Shown: positions 47,758 to 60,079 of the stretch, one piece after another
Position numbering within the stretch: position 1 is the first letter of the stretch
Layout of the letters: every line of letters begins with the position of its first letter
Source: Entomortierella parvispora E1425
Lineage: Eukaryota > Fungi > Mortierellomycota
Length of the DNA: 64,000 nt
Assembly: GCA_020891255.1 (NCBI GenBank)
Contig: BQFW01000002.1
Coordinates: forward strand, 2,294,001-2,358,000
Direction: 5' to 3'
Program-made: the position numbers and the translations under genes
Notes under the pieces: model-generated
What the model was told of the DNA's origin: nothing
Seen by the model: only the letters and a program-made list of their open reading frames with translations
Databases searched by the model: none

Positions 47758-50725
47758 TTAAGAGCTCTTCAGCGTTCTCAGCAGGATGTTTTCCACCTTG
47801 TTCAGCTGCTCACGGGTCGACACCTGGGAGGCAATCATGTATACAACATTACCAAGAGGACGTCCAAAGATAGCCACCTCAGTCTCATCTCCCTCCTCGC
47901 GCAGATCCCTCAACTTTCTTTGGACCTGCTGGGACATGAGTGAACCATATCCTCCACCGTCTGCGCCTCCAGTCTTCATCACGATAGCGAGAACCGAGCC
48001 CAATGGGACAACACCCTCCACAACATCCAATCTTGAAATCTGATCGACGACCTTTTGGTCCCAGAGTGACCAGACACCCAAGTTGTTGGTCTCACCGTGA
48101 CCGATGGCGCCCCAGTCTTTACGCGCCTGATCGGCATCGCCATGGGATTCCATCTCACGGTAGGTTTGGAGACTGGTATTGGCGACTGCACATCCAATAG
48201 GGTGGGCAGTGTACGAGTGTCCGTGAAGCAATGCGTCCGTCTTGGTCTCGCTCAAGAAGTTGTTAAAGATCGAATCTGAGGTCAAGGTAGTGGCCAAGGT
48301 AATCAAACCTCCGGTCAAAAGCTTGGCATATGCAGCGATATCGGGGTTCTATAGCGTTAAGCAGCAGAGAAGGAGTCAGATGAATGGGGAGACGTCCGCT
48401 TTCAAATAATAATACTAATTCAACATTCAAAAATGTTATGTTATCACAACTTACCACCTGCAACATATCTGCAGCCGATTTACGACCGAGACGCCAGCAT
48501 CCACTAAAGACTTCATCAAAGACCACGGGCAAACCCTTCCAAGTGTTCTTAGAGCCAGCCAAAAACTCGTTCTTGACTGAAGTCTCCTTGCCAAATCCGT
48601 CAAATGCACGAACTTCCTCCACCAAGCATCTCTGGAAGGCAGGATCCACCCACATCATTCCTCCGGCACCCATCAGCACGGGCTCCATCAAAAGGGCTCC
48701 GAATTGACGGTTCTCCTCCTTCGTCAGACGGTTCAGAGTGGATCGGATATGGTTCCTGTAGATCGAAAGACGAGCATCGCCCTCCTTTGGTGGAGTGAAA
48801 ACTGAGGTCAAGTTATCGATCGTGACAACCTGCTGTGGCTGATCTCCGCCAGTCATCTCGGATGGAATCGTGATCTGGAACTTGGAGTCCTTGTACAACA
48901 CCGTTGGGGGTGTGAACCAATGGCCGTGGGCCTTGTACCAGGTGACCTGGGCATTGTAGAGATTGGGCGAGCAGGCATTCATGGCACCAATGGTATCACC
49001 GTGATAACCTCCGTCTATTCCCAAGACCTCAATCTTGCCGGTTGCCTTGCCCAGATCCACATATCGGTCCTGACTGGCCTTGAGAGCCATCTTGAGAGCA
49101 ACCTCAATAGCAGTACTGCCATTGTCCGAGAAGAAAACGCGCGACGCCCAGCCTTCGCCCACAGTCTCCAAAAGGGTCTCGCTCAACTTGACGGCAGGCT
49201 CGTGCGAGCATTCTGGGAACATGACGTGTCCATATCGTCCTGCTGCATAGGCGGCAGATCGGGTCAATGCTGGCGATCCGTGTCCGAGTCCCTGAGTCCA
49301 CCAACTGGCACATCCATCAAACATCTCCTTCCACTTGCCCTCTGCCTTCAATTTGTCCTTTGGCTCGACATAGGTCGTCATGATATCTCCATAGGCCGAG
49401 TCGATCACAGTGACGTCCTTAACGGTCTGATGTTGAGTAAAAGGCCACCAGATCGAAGTTCTGGCCTTGTCACCCAATTCCTCCAAGCGATCCAAGCGCT
49501 TCTGGTGAGTCTGCTCCAAGTGCTGGACCACATCTTGGAAGTATGCCTCAGTCTTCTTGTAGTACTCGTGCAATTGCTCCTGATCTGCCAAGGGGTCGGC
49601 CAATTTCTCGGGAGGCGAGGGCAAGACATGCACCAAGGGTCGGTTCTCGGCCTTTGCAAGGTATTTCTCAAGGAATTGGTGGTTTCTCGACTTGTTGTCA
49701 AACAAAAGAAGAGCTGGGATGTCGTAGCCGTATTGGTGCAATGATTCATAGGACGTCAGCGTTGTGGAGATGCCTCCCAAATGGCTATCACCAACAAGCA
49801 CGGTGGGCAGACGGAGTGGGCGATAGAACTTTGATTGCAACTCTCCTGACATGATGGGACTGTTGACGCCTTAGATCAAAAAGAAAAAAGAATATAGATA
49901 CGGATGTAGTTTTCGTGAGTAAGATTGGGTGGTTGCACAATATTGTATCGTCAAAAGAACGACAGTATCAATCTTGATCGCGTGTCTTTCAAAGTACCTC
50001 CAGCGGTTTCCAAGAGTGCCCATCCAGTTTCACCAGGAGTTAGGCTATTTTTGAACTTTCGAATCTCGTTGATGGTAGCTTGAAGGACTTCAGAGTCTGG
50101 TGGGGGCTGATCGACAAAGGGCACCCAGCAAAAAAAAAAAAAAAAAAAAAAGACACGTTGTGGGAAATATTAGTTATTTTGCCGGTCCGATCAATGCCGT
50201 TTCCCCACGATTCAGGCACAAATTTCACTGGAAGATCAATCCCCCTCTTTTTCTATGTCCCCAAAAATAATAAATCGATCCAACGACCGACAGGCACCCA
50301 GCATTTGAGAGTTATCCCCACCGCGATCTTTTACCTCGGTAGTGGCAATGTGAGGACTGACGGGATCTGGGTAAGCGTATAACCGGCTTGTCTCGACTAA
50401 AGGAGCGAATGTCTTGACGTGCCTGAGAAGAATGTGTATACATTAATAAATTCCGATTAGTTTTCTGCATGCTCATGCGTCCTTCAGTCTTCATTGGTTT
50501 TTAAAATGTTGTTTGCATCTGTTAGACATGCCTGGCATCGCAGTCGACGGGATAACCAGTCTGAACAGGTTTGAGGTAGAATGCCTTCTTTCGTTGCTTG
50601 TCAGCGCCAATGGACAATGAAGCAGCAGCGCGGACAAGACCGGTTGAAAGGATAGTCTTGCCCACGTTGGTGTTCGCAGCAAAGACCTGGTAGGCCTGGA
50701 ATGACCGAGTGGGGAGGTGGGCCAT
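47758..50725 (-). CDS. bioDA: Bifunctional dethiobiotin synthetase / DAPA aminotransferase (BioDA, BIO3-BIO1 type)
   Basis: VFAANTNVGKT, YLKPVQTG, PVSPHIA, LLETAGGVNSP, LGGISTT, DGCASWWTQGLGH, FFSDNGSTAIEVALKMA, YHGDTIG, VFDEVFSG, LLHGHSYTAHP. Confidence 0.95.
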
Positions 50726-51002
50726 GGCTAAAGCGAATGGGGAAAGAAGGAAGAGGTGCGGTCGTCGGCTTGCTGTGGGGAGAAACTGTTGGGAGTGAAG
50801 CGGAGTCAAGAGTGTTTGCCCTCAATTGGTCACGTGCATTTCGCGCGTGCATTTACGCGAAAGCTCAAAAAACCATGTTCATGAATGGGATGCTCTTTGT
50901 TGCTGCTCATCGGCTCCCCACAGTTTTATTTCTATGTCGAGTGTTGTGGACGCCTTGGCCCAAAAAAATACAGCCATGAAGAACAATTATGACAAAAAGA
51001 TT

Positions 51003-52248
51003 CTAGTAGATCCGCTTCCCAACTTTGCGATAGGACCGATCATGGTATAACAGTGGTTCTTGCGTCTTCAAGAGAAGGTCATCCCCGCCGTGTAGAACCT
51101 TCTCGACCTCTCCAATCCACATTTCATGGTCCCCAACAACCATGACTTGGTGAGTCTTGCAACGAATAGCACCCAGTGTATTGGTAAGCACGGGCAATTG
51201 CGATTCTGGATCCGTATTGTAGCCCAACACCTCGAAAGGATCGGGATCGGTCTCTGTTGTCATCTTATTGTCCCTGGATAAGACTGCTGATTCGGCCTCT
51301 TCTTCAGGTTGCTTGGAGGTAATATCTTTGTTCCTGCTACTATTGATCAAGGTTTGTTGACTTGCTTCTGAAACGAGATCATCAATGTCCTTATCTCGGC
51401 CTTGGTTTAACGCTCTTCCTCTGGCATTTTCGCTGGTTTGCTCGCCGGGTGAAGGTGACAACGACGTGGCGTCCGGCGACGCTCTTGCTGTTGGTGGAGG
51501 CACAGAAGACGAAAATGCTACAGAATGTGCTATTTGATCCGATGCCAGAAATTGTATTACAAATCCTTTTGAATCGTGCAGCACGGTGGACGCTCTGGAA
51601 GGTAGTTTGACACAAAACGCCACAAGGGGAATAGGCTGTAGTGAGATGGAGGTAAATGACGACACAGTGATGCCACGTCTAAGAGATGGGTCGCTCTTGG
51701 AGGCTGTTGAAACAACAACGACTAGAATCCGATAAATACGACAGATTAATCTCAGTTTTCATCCATTCGCCTCATGAAGCCACATATCCTCGAGTCTTCT
51801 ACCACATAAGCAGTACCTGGGAAGGGGACATTTCGAAGAACCTTGCGCAGTTTTTCTGAAGTCGGGTGATTCTCTATTAAAGAGCGAAGCGCGACGATAC
51901 CGAGATTAAAATCAGGATGCTTGACACCAAATTGCATTTCCTTTTAAAGTAGTTTGAGCTGGGTTCAGGGACACGAGATAACAATTAAAGCGCACTACCT
52001 TGGGGGATATTGGGGTTCACGGATGAGGAGGTATATGGGCGAGTAGGGGTGAGGGCAAGGCTGCTTGTTCGTTGTTTACAGCGAGTATGAGTGTCTCTCG
52101 ATGGCAAAGTGATTGATCGTGGTTGGACAGTGAACAAAGCTCGGCGACAGGCAAGGTGCACAGCGGGTGTAGCAGTGAGTGTTGAGGGGTGGCACATGGC
52201 AAGGGAATGAGCCCTGTGCCAACGCGTCTGAAGAGGTTTACTAAACAT
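51003..52248 (-). CDS. Flavin-reductase-like domain protein with a possible mitochondrial presequence, 2 introns
   Basis: LRKVLRNVPFP, RGITVSSFTSISLQP and VVGDHEMWIGEV..PLLYHDRSY. The N-terminus MFSKPLQTRWHR is Arg/Ser-rich and lacks acidic residues. Confidence 0.8.
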
Positions 52249-52723
52249 GGCGGATGACTGTAGCTGCGGTAATAGAGATATGTATGCTTTGCCGATAAAG
52301 AGAGGGGTTAAAGGGGACGAAAGAATGGGTTGCTGGAGGTCCATGCATCGCATTCGGTGTCCTTGCGCTCCATGAGACCGGGGCTGGCAGCCCGGCAGGC
52401 GCGAACTGAGCAGAAATGGATCGACCCCTTAATATAATCAACGTAAACAGTCGGGACTGCTGATTTTTTGTCTTTTTCTTTTTTTTTTTTTTTTCTCATA
52501 AGCAACTGCGGCCGAGAGCAAGAGCAGAGCAAGAGCACAGGGGAATAGAGCGCATTTCTTCTTTGTCATTCATCCCCATCCTACCATCGCTCCAACTCTC
52601 CATTCCTTTCCTTTCCTTGCCTACTCCCCTCACTCCTGACGACCTTCCTTTCCTTTTCTTCCTGTGGACATCCTCTAGAGTGCCACATCCTCTTTCCTTC
52701 CTATTACTCATACTCACATTGAA

Positions 52724-54394
52724 ATGAGCTCCATTACTGTCCAGGCTGCCGCCCAGGGCACCGTCCTTTCCACCCCTGATGCCCCCAGGTCCTCATTATT
52801 CACCTGCCTTGCTTGCCATGTTGCTTTCAAGACTGCTGACATCCAGCGTGAGCATTACCGCTCCGACTGGCACCGCTACAACTTGAAGCGCAAGATGGTT
52901 GAGCTTCCCCCAGTTTCTGCTGAGATGTTCACCCAGAAGGTTGTTGGTAAGGAAACTACCCATCACTGACCAGCCTCAGCAAATCCTTTGAACCTCGATT
53001 GTTCTTTTAGAACTAAACTCTCACTGGAGACTTTATCAGGACTCTTTGCTGTGAAGCAAATGGATGCTGTTATTTTGCCACTAATTCAAACAACTTTCCC
53101 CTGTCTATAGCCCAAAAGCAAAAGGTCGCCGACGACCAGGCAAATGCCGACACATCCTCAGAGTGCAAGGCCTGCAAAAAGTCATACTCTACCGAGAATG
53201 CCTACCAGAACCACTTGGCTTCCAAGAAGCACAAGGAGACTGAGGCCAAGTTGAAGGCCAAGCCCCGTCCTGTCAAGGTTGAAAAGCCCACTAAGAGCGA
53301 TGTCGAGTCCATCACTTCCAAGATGACCGTGGATCTTTCCGTCACGGAAGAGACAACTCAGGAGGAGCTCGAGGAGATCATGGATAAGAAGATTGAGACT
53401 GCTGTCCGCTTGGAGGCGACCGACTGTTTGTTCTGCCCAGAGAAGGCCGATACTTTCGAGAGGTAGAGTGGAGCAGAAGTGTTCTACTGCACAGCAGCCA
53501 TGTTGTTAAAATCTGCAATACTAATATCTGTTGGTTTCTTTGATAATAGCAACGTTGAGCATATGACCAAGGCTCACGGATTCTTCATTCCCGATATCGA
53601 GTACCTTGTGGATCTCGAGGGATTGATCAGATATTTGGGCGAGAAGGTGTCTGTCGGAAACGTTTGCTTGTACTGTAACGGCAAGGGTCGTCAGATCAAG
53701 TCTTTGGAGGCTGTCCGCAAGCATATGATCGACAAGGGTCACTGCAAGATTCCTTATGATACCGAAAACGAGATGATGGAAATTGTCGACTTTTACGATT
53801 TCAGATCGTCTTACCCCGAGGAGCAGCAGCGCAAGATGTTGGAGGCTGCCGAGAGAGCTGATAGAGGCGACGTTGAGATGAAGGAGGGCGATGAAGAGCT
53901 TGACGATGAAGAGTTCGTGGGCACCGGCGCTAGATTGGGAGATGATGAGTTCGAGTTGATTCTCCCCTCAGGTGCTCGTCTTGGACACAGATCTTTGAAC
54001 AAGTATTACAGACAGAACGTCAAGCCAGAAGAGGTATGTCGGGTTACAGAGGTTGAATCAATTTTTAGGGTCAATGTGTGTACCACGATAACATGATTAA
54101 CTGACAATATTTTTTCATTCTTATTCTGTCTATTAGTCCCGCGACTCTGTTTTGATCAACCGTTTGTTGACTCACTACACAGACCATATGGGCTACGACT
54201 TGGCCCTCTCCAAGACCAAGGCCCGCTCAGAGCGTGGTCAGGCATTGGTGGCACGCAACGATGGCGAGGCACGATGGGCTCAGAAGCAAACGTCGACGTT
54301 CAAGGATTTCCGCAGGATCGAGGAGCACAAGGCTCGTGTCGGACAGAAGCAGAACAAGTTGCAGAAGCATTACCGTGTCCAGATCTTGGTTTAA
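52724..54394 (+). CDS. REI1: Pre-60S factor Rei1/ZNF622 (C2H2 zinc fingers), 3 introns
   Basis: FTCLACHVAF..QREHYRSDWHRYNLKRK; HLASKKH; HMTKAHGFFIPDIEYL; RKHMIDKGHCKI; ARLGHRSLNKYYRQ. Confidence 0.95.
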
Positions 54395-54716
54395 AGACAC
54401 TACCATATTCCCTTTTGCAAGCACTTTTTTTCATCCGTACAGCATTCAATTCTCTCTCGGAGACTTCATTTGTAACATTTAGGCATTTTATCACCAAAAT
54501 AAACACTCGGCAGAAGCCAGCAACATTGTTATACCTCGTGAGAGGCGGAGGCCAAGGTAGACAACGACAGAGAGGACCAGGGACAGGAAAGAGGATTCAC
54601 TCTTCCATCCAGAGGGTGCCACCAAAAAAAAATAAATAAATCATGTGACCTGCATCACCATGCAAGAAAGGGCGGAGTCGATTCGCGTTTTCTCTAACTC
54701 CATCTTTCAGCATCTC

Positions 54717-57700
54717 ATGGACGAATCAGGTTCGGCGAGGACAGTGACATGGCTGAACAGGAAGCAGTAATGTTGACTCCAGTGACTAAGTTCAGTCTCT
54801 GTGATATCTGTTTGACCCTCCAGTCCTTAGAAATCTAATTGCCGCACTCGAGACCATTTACGATGTCTCTGTCACGAATGAGGCGCGTAAACAGGCTCAG
54901 GAGGTATACGTTACAGAAAAGATCGCCCCTCAACGCTGGTTGACAGAGGAAGCAACTGGAGAATACAGAAGCTGTTCTGTTGATTAAGTGTATGTCTCAT
55001 ATTATGATTACTCACAAAGGGTATTTTAACCTTCCTGTCCTTGAACTCGAACTAGTATTGTGAAGGACTGAAGGGAGATCCATCAGGACCACTCTATGGG
55101 TACTTCCTGGCTCACAAAGACAATCGCCAGCCAGATGTTGTGCGCCATTTCGGATTGGGATTGATCGAGAATGCAGTCCGATACACGTGGATGGATAACA
55201 CTCTAACGCCTGAGTTGAAACTACAAATCCGTCAGAATGTCATGTCTCTTGCAGCAGAGGCAAGTTGTGGCGTGCTTGGAAAACATGAGGCCAATGAGTT
55301 CATTCGTGCTAATGAAATACGATACCTCCTTTTACTCTAGGGGTCACAACCGCTCTTGATTGAGCAGACATTTATCAAGGAGAAAATCGCGCGCTTGTTT
55401 GTGGAGGTGGCAAAGAGAGAGTGGCTGCTTGAATGGACAGACATGGACCCATTTCTCCGTCAGCTTTTTTTCAAAGATGTGAGTCCACAGTCTGACTATT
55501 CCGTAATGATCAGCCTTTCGCCATGTACTGTTGATTTCACCTGTTAAACCTTCTATCAATTTGCATTTGCATAGGAAACCTCAAGAGAAATGGCACTCCT
55601 AATTCTCAGATCACTTTGTGAAGACGTCTGTATTTACGACGACGCTGTTGCTGGACTCAGGAAAAAGGACCTAAGAGAAGGTCTCATAGTTATCATGGCG
55701 AGCGAGGACATCCTGAAGCAGCAATATCCAGAGGGAGTTAAGGGCCACCACGATCAGGTCACGCTCATGGTGGGAGAGAGTGGGAATGATGGCTGGACTA
55801 GCCGGATATCCGTGCTTCTACAGGAGATGCTCCCTCGATGCCAAACGGAGGTAATCTATTCGCAAATAAGGATTCTTTACATTGCCTACTGACAGATGTA
55901 CTAACTAAGAGTCAACGGTCCGTCTTTAGTCAAGACAGCCTGCGGACGAAAAGATAACGCTGGCTGCCCTGAAGCTTCTTTTGTGCACAATAGATTGGAC
56001 GATCACCAAGTAAGCTGAGAATATGGTTGTTTTTCTATGGATTCTTTCTGTTAAGTGTTCATCATCTAACTATCTCTTAATATAGATCGATAGCGGCGAC
56101 CTCTGTGGTACCGGTTATTTGCCAGGCAGTGCTCTCTCCCTCCGAGAAGATTCGACTAGTATGCATGGATTTGTTACCTTCATGTATAGAATACTTGATA
56201 TGGATATTTATGTTCTTTTCTCACTCCTTTCATTCCTTCTAGGCTGGTGCAGAGTGCTATGATGTTCTATCCTCTAGAAATCTGACTGATGCTGATCGAG
56301 ATGAAGTTATTTGGCCACTCATGGACGGGGAAGGAATTGAATTGATCGCTAAAGCATACCAGGCGTATGCAACGCAGATCGTGCAGGGTGACGCCTATAT
56401 TTTCATGCAAAAGATGGTCCAGGTATAGCAAAGGCTTGACAGGGACTCCAATACTTACTGAGAATTTGAGTGCTAACGATGGCTCCATTTCACAAATTAC
56501 GATAGGCAACCGTTAATCTTGGAGAACAGCAGATGTGCGGAAAGCGTAACGCTCATATTCCCAAGCAACTGTTGAAGTGAGTGTTTGAATTGACTACGAT
56601 AGCAGGAAACATAGGTGCCGTAAGTGACTGACCATTTTCTTGTTGCTGCCACTTCAGGTTTCTTGAGCTATTATATTTGATGGCCTCGCATCCATCCGTC
56701 CTAATATCTTCAATAGTCTCGTTCTTCTGGGTCACGCTTTTACGTCACGACACCTTCTCTAAGGTATTCTATGGGGTTCTCTTCAGTTTATGGATGACAT
56801 ATGTGTTTCATTATCACCCTATCTAACTGTACATCCTGAACGTCCAACAGGACCCTATTGTCCAATCTTTCGTCCCGCCTCTTCTGGAGCTTTATTCTAA
56901 ACACCTGGAAAAGAGTTATAACAATCGCAGGAAGGTGGATCCAATCTACGACCACTTCGCTTCCCTCGACTTTGACTCTTCCATTGAATTCCGTGTTGGC
57001 GCAGCGCGTACTTTTCAAAAAGCTGTGGATGTAGTTCATCTTGGAGTTCCAATCGTGGTAAGTTAACCTCACCTTGGACAATACCCGCTGTACTATTTCA
57101 ACAACAAGACAGAATAACTCACAAACACTGTTTTCTCTAGCCGTTGGATGCCTTCATGTGGGTGGCAGACAAAATCTCTGGGTCCCTTAAAATTGACTTT
57201 TCTCATGACATGAAGGGTAAGATTCAGGATCGACTGAAATGACCCCGAGAGTGACAAGGTTGACATACTAACAAATCAACATCTAGTTAAAGACACTGCA
57301 CAGTTTATGTCTTTTGACGGCGCCCTGACTCTGATGGAAGTAACAGTCTCCAGTCTTACCAAGGTCATAGTTGACAGATCTCATCCTCAATGTGCACAGG
57401 TGAGTGGCCAAATAGTGATTGGCCGTAATTTTGCGGAGACGATTTTATTTTAACCTTTGATTTTTATTGCAGATTTTGGAAGCGATGAATACGTTGCTGC
57501 TCATGCTGATAGATTACAATGGCAAGGTAAGATGTTTGGTACCCGCCAACCCAATAGTTTTTGTCCCTGATACCATAGACACTGAACCTCTCTGATCAAT
57601 TCTAGAACCCAGCGGCTTTAGATCGAGTCGTCAGTTCTTTATCTGCATTTACGGACATGTTTAAGGTTGACCCTTCCCTGCTGTTCAAGTGCTTGGATAA

Positions 57701-59765
57701 GGTAGAGTTTGTTACTGCAGTAAAGAATGGCTTCGGAACCTCTAGGAAACTGTGGAAATTGCTATTAACAACCCAAGGCGATCGATCATATGTATAGCTC
57801 TTTCAAGCGGTGGAGTACCCATTCCTCCCAGGCATGGAGGACGAAGTTCGTGATCTACGACAGCGGTCCGCTTCTACTCTTGTGAAAATAGGACGCGCAA
57901 TCCCAGACACACTTCTGCCAATCTACTCACAAATAGAGGAGGCAGTCCAGGGTCTGATCAAACAAGACAAGATTCTTTTGGGCGAGAAAAAGTTTTTGCT
58001 CACGTTTCTCCTCGTCGTTGGATTCAATTCCGCTGGCAGCAACGAAAGTCGCACACTTATTTTTGAAAAGATCGTCCTGCCTGTCGCTTCCAGTTTTTCG
58101 TCTTTGGAGCTACAGCAGGCCCTGTCAGACCCAAAGCATTTCATGACGTTTATCGGAGCAAACGATATTTCGGAGGCAGCAACGAAGAACTCTCCTTCAG
58201 GTGAGATCCAACAAATCCGGCAAGCTGCAAAGTATCGCCGATCTCAGATGTCCTGGCCAATGGATGCGCTGTTGACTTTTATGAAAGAGACCGTTGTCGA
58301 CACCAAGGATGAGGCGCGGGTAGAGTTGTGGTCGCAGTGTCTTCGTTCCATCCTGCCAAATCTTTTGTCGACCATCGGATGCCTAAACGCCATCTGTGAC
58401 AGTGCTCTATGGGTGGGTCTGGCTCCGGAGACGGCAGGGGTCCTTACGATGTCTACAGAGGAGAAAGAGATGTTAGTAGCAGGTCCAGCAAAGCCTATCT
58501 CTGTCTCGGAAGTCTCTGTCGATGCAAATACCGCGGCTGGAGCTACAGTGGCACTATTGGTCCATGATGTCAAGACTTGGCTGTCTGTATTGCGCGATCA
58601 TTCGTACAAGTTCCTTGCTAGGATATCTTCGTTGGGACCAGTATTTTATTTGATTCCATCTCTGCAGACCATTCTGAAGCAGTCCCTGTTCCAGCATGTG
58701 GACTATTTGACCAACCGTCAGCTCAGGTTCCAGATCAACTCTGCTGTTCAACCAATTGTCCTCAATTGCCCTCCTGAAGCAATGGAGTCAGTCTTGGGTC
58801 ATTTACTTCAACTCTTGTTCCCGTATCTGGACAAGCGGCTCTGTGAGGACTGGAAGAAGGCAGGCGATGAAGGCCTGGTGATCGAAAGTGAGAACGAGGA
58901 CATCGAAGATCTGGACGTGTCAGATGAAATCGTGCGCGAAATGATGCTGCGGGATCTAACGAAATATGTGGCGGATTTCGTGTTTTCAACATTGGATTTC
59001 AGCAGGAAAAAACCAGAAACAGAGGGACCCAGCGCGAAAACCTCCACCGGCAGAAACAATGCCTCAGCCCACAAGGAGATCACGCCTCTTGCCCTCTTTA
59101 TCCTCTCGAATGAGGCTATTGCTCAGTCTGTTATCCTACTGATTTGCCACATCATGACTTTTAAGGATACTAGAGCGTGCACTAGGTCCACAGAGACCGC
59201 GTTGTGTGTGCTGACAACACTGGTACAAAACTATCCAGCCACAAGTGGAATTTTGAGTGTCTTTGCCACTATGGTTCTCAGGGCAGCGATGGAGGCCTTG
59301 CACGATCCTTATCACCAAGAAGGACAGGACAAGCTAATTCTGGTGATTACGGAGGTCTATGTCGAGGTCCGTGCTTTTGATGAGAGTCCAAAGTTGGTCT
59401 TTCAGCAGGCTGTGCGATCAGACATGGCTCGATTGGAGGCCTTTGAGAGTCAACTGGCCGCTGAGACAAACAAAACTAAGAAGCATGCCCTGGTCCGTAA
59501 TTTCCTTCAGAGTATCATTGGTGTAAGTGGTCATTACAGTGTAAGGATGAGCTTTGATCGCTATTTGAATGCTAATACCGCGCTCTTTTTTACCATTCAG
59601 GTTGCCAAGTCTGAATGGTTCAAGCAGAAAGAGATTGGTAACAAGTCACGATCTAGCCGGACCATTGATGGCCAATATGAGCGACCGTCCACCAGCGCAC
59701 TCGATACTGCAGAAAATCATGAGGTCATTGGGGATGACCTCGCAACATTGTTTGATGAAGAATAA
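54717..59765 (+). CDS. MSN5: Exportin-5 / Msn5 (about 15 introns)
   Basis: MDESVLRNLIAALETIYD; VRHFGLGLIENAVRYTW; FIKEKIARLFVEVAKREW; LRKKDLR; RQRSASTLVKI. Ends DDLATLFDEE*. Confidence 0.88.
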
Positions 59766-60079
59766 AGGAACATCAAAGCCTCCAACAACATGACAAGACA
59801 ATTCATCTTTACATAATGGCTACACCCTCTAGATATGTGCAAGGTCCGCCAGTCTTACTCTGCTTGCTCTCTTCTTTTTATCTCTGTAACGCCACATCTT
59901 TTCCTTACTTACCCGCATTCCAGTCAGAAACACACTTGCGCCGATTCTTCCAGCGCGCGTTTACTTTTATCCAATCTTGCATGACACAAAGTCTTGTCAA
60001 ACTCCTTGAATTATCTGTGAACGCGTATTGTCCACAATGCATACCAGTATTACAAGGTGGATCATAAAGAGCTCGGCGT

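Noticed and set aside
50042-50330. TPP-riboswitch-like GGGTGC motifs in the BioDA intron
   Set aside because: CTGAGA and TGAT..GG.TAAT.CC core elements are absent; only an 11-bp repeat (TGCTGGGTGCC) is present.
50828-50838. TCACGTG E-box upstream of BioDA
   Set aside because: A single short motif expected by chance; needs conservation data.
47758-52248. Biotin biosynthetic cluster
   Set aside because: No bioF or bioB nearby; the flavin-reductase-like neighbour has no established biotin role.
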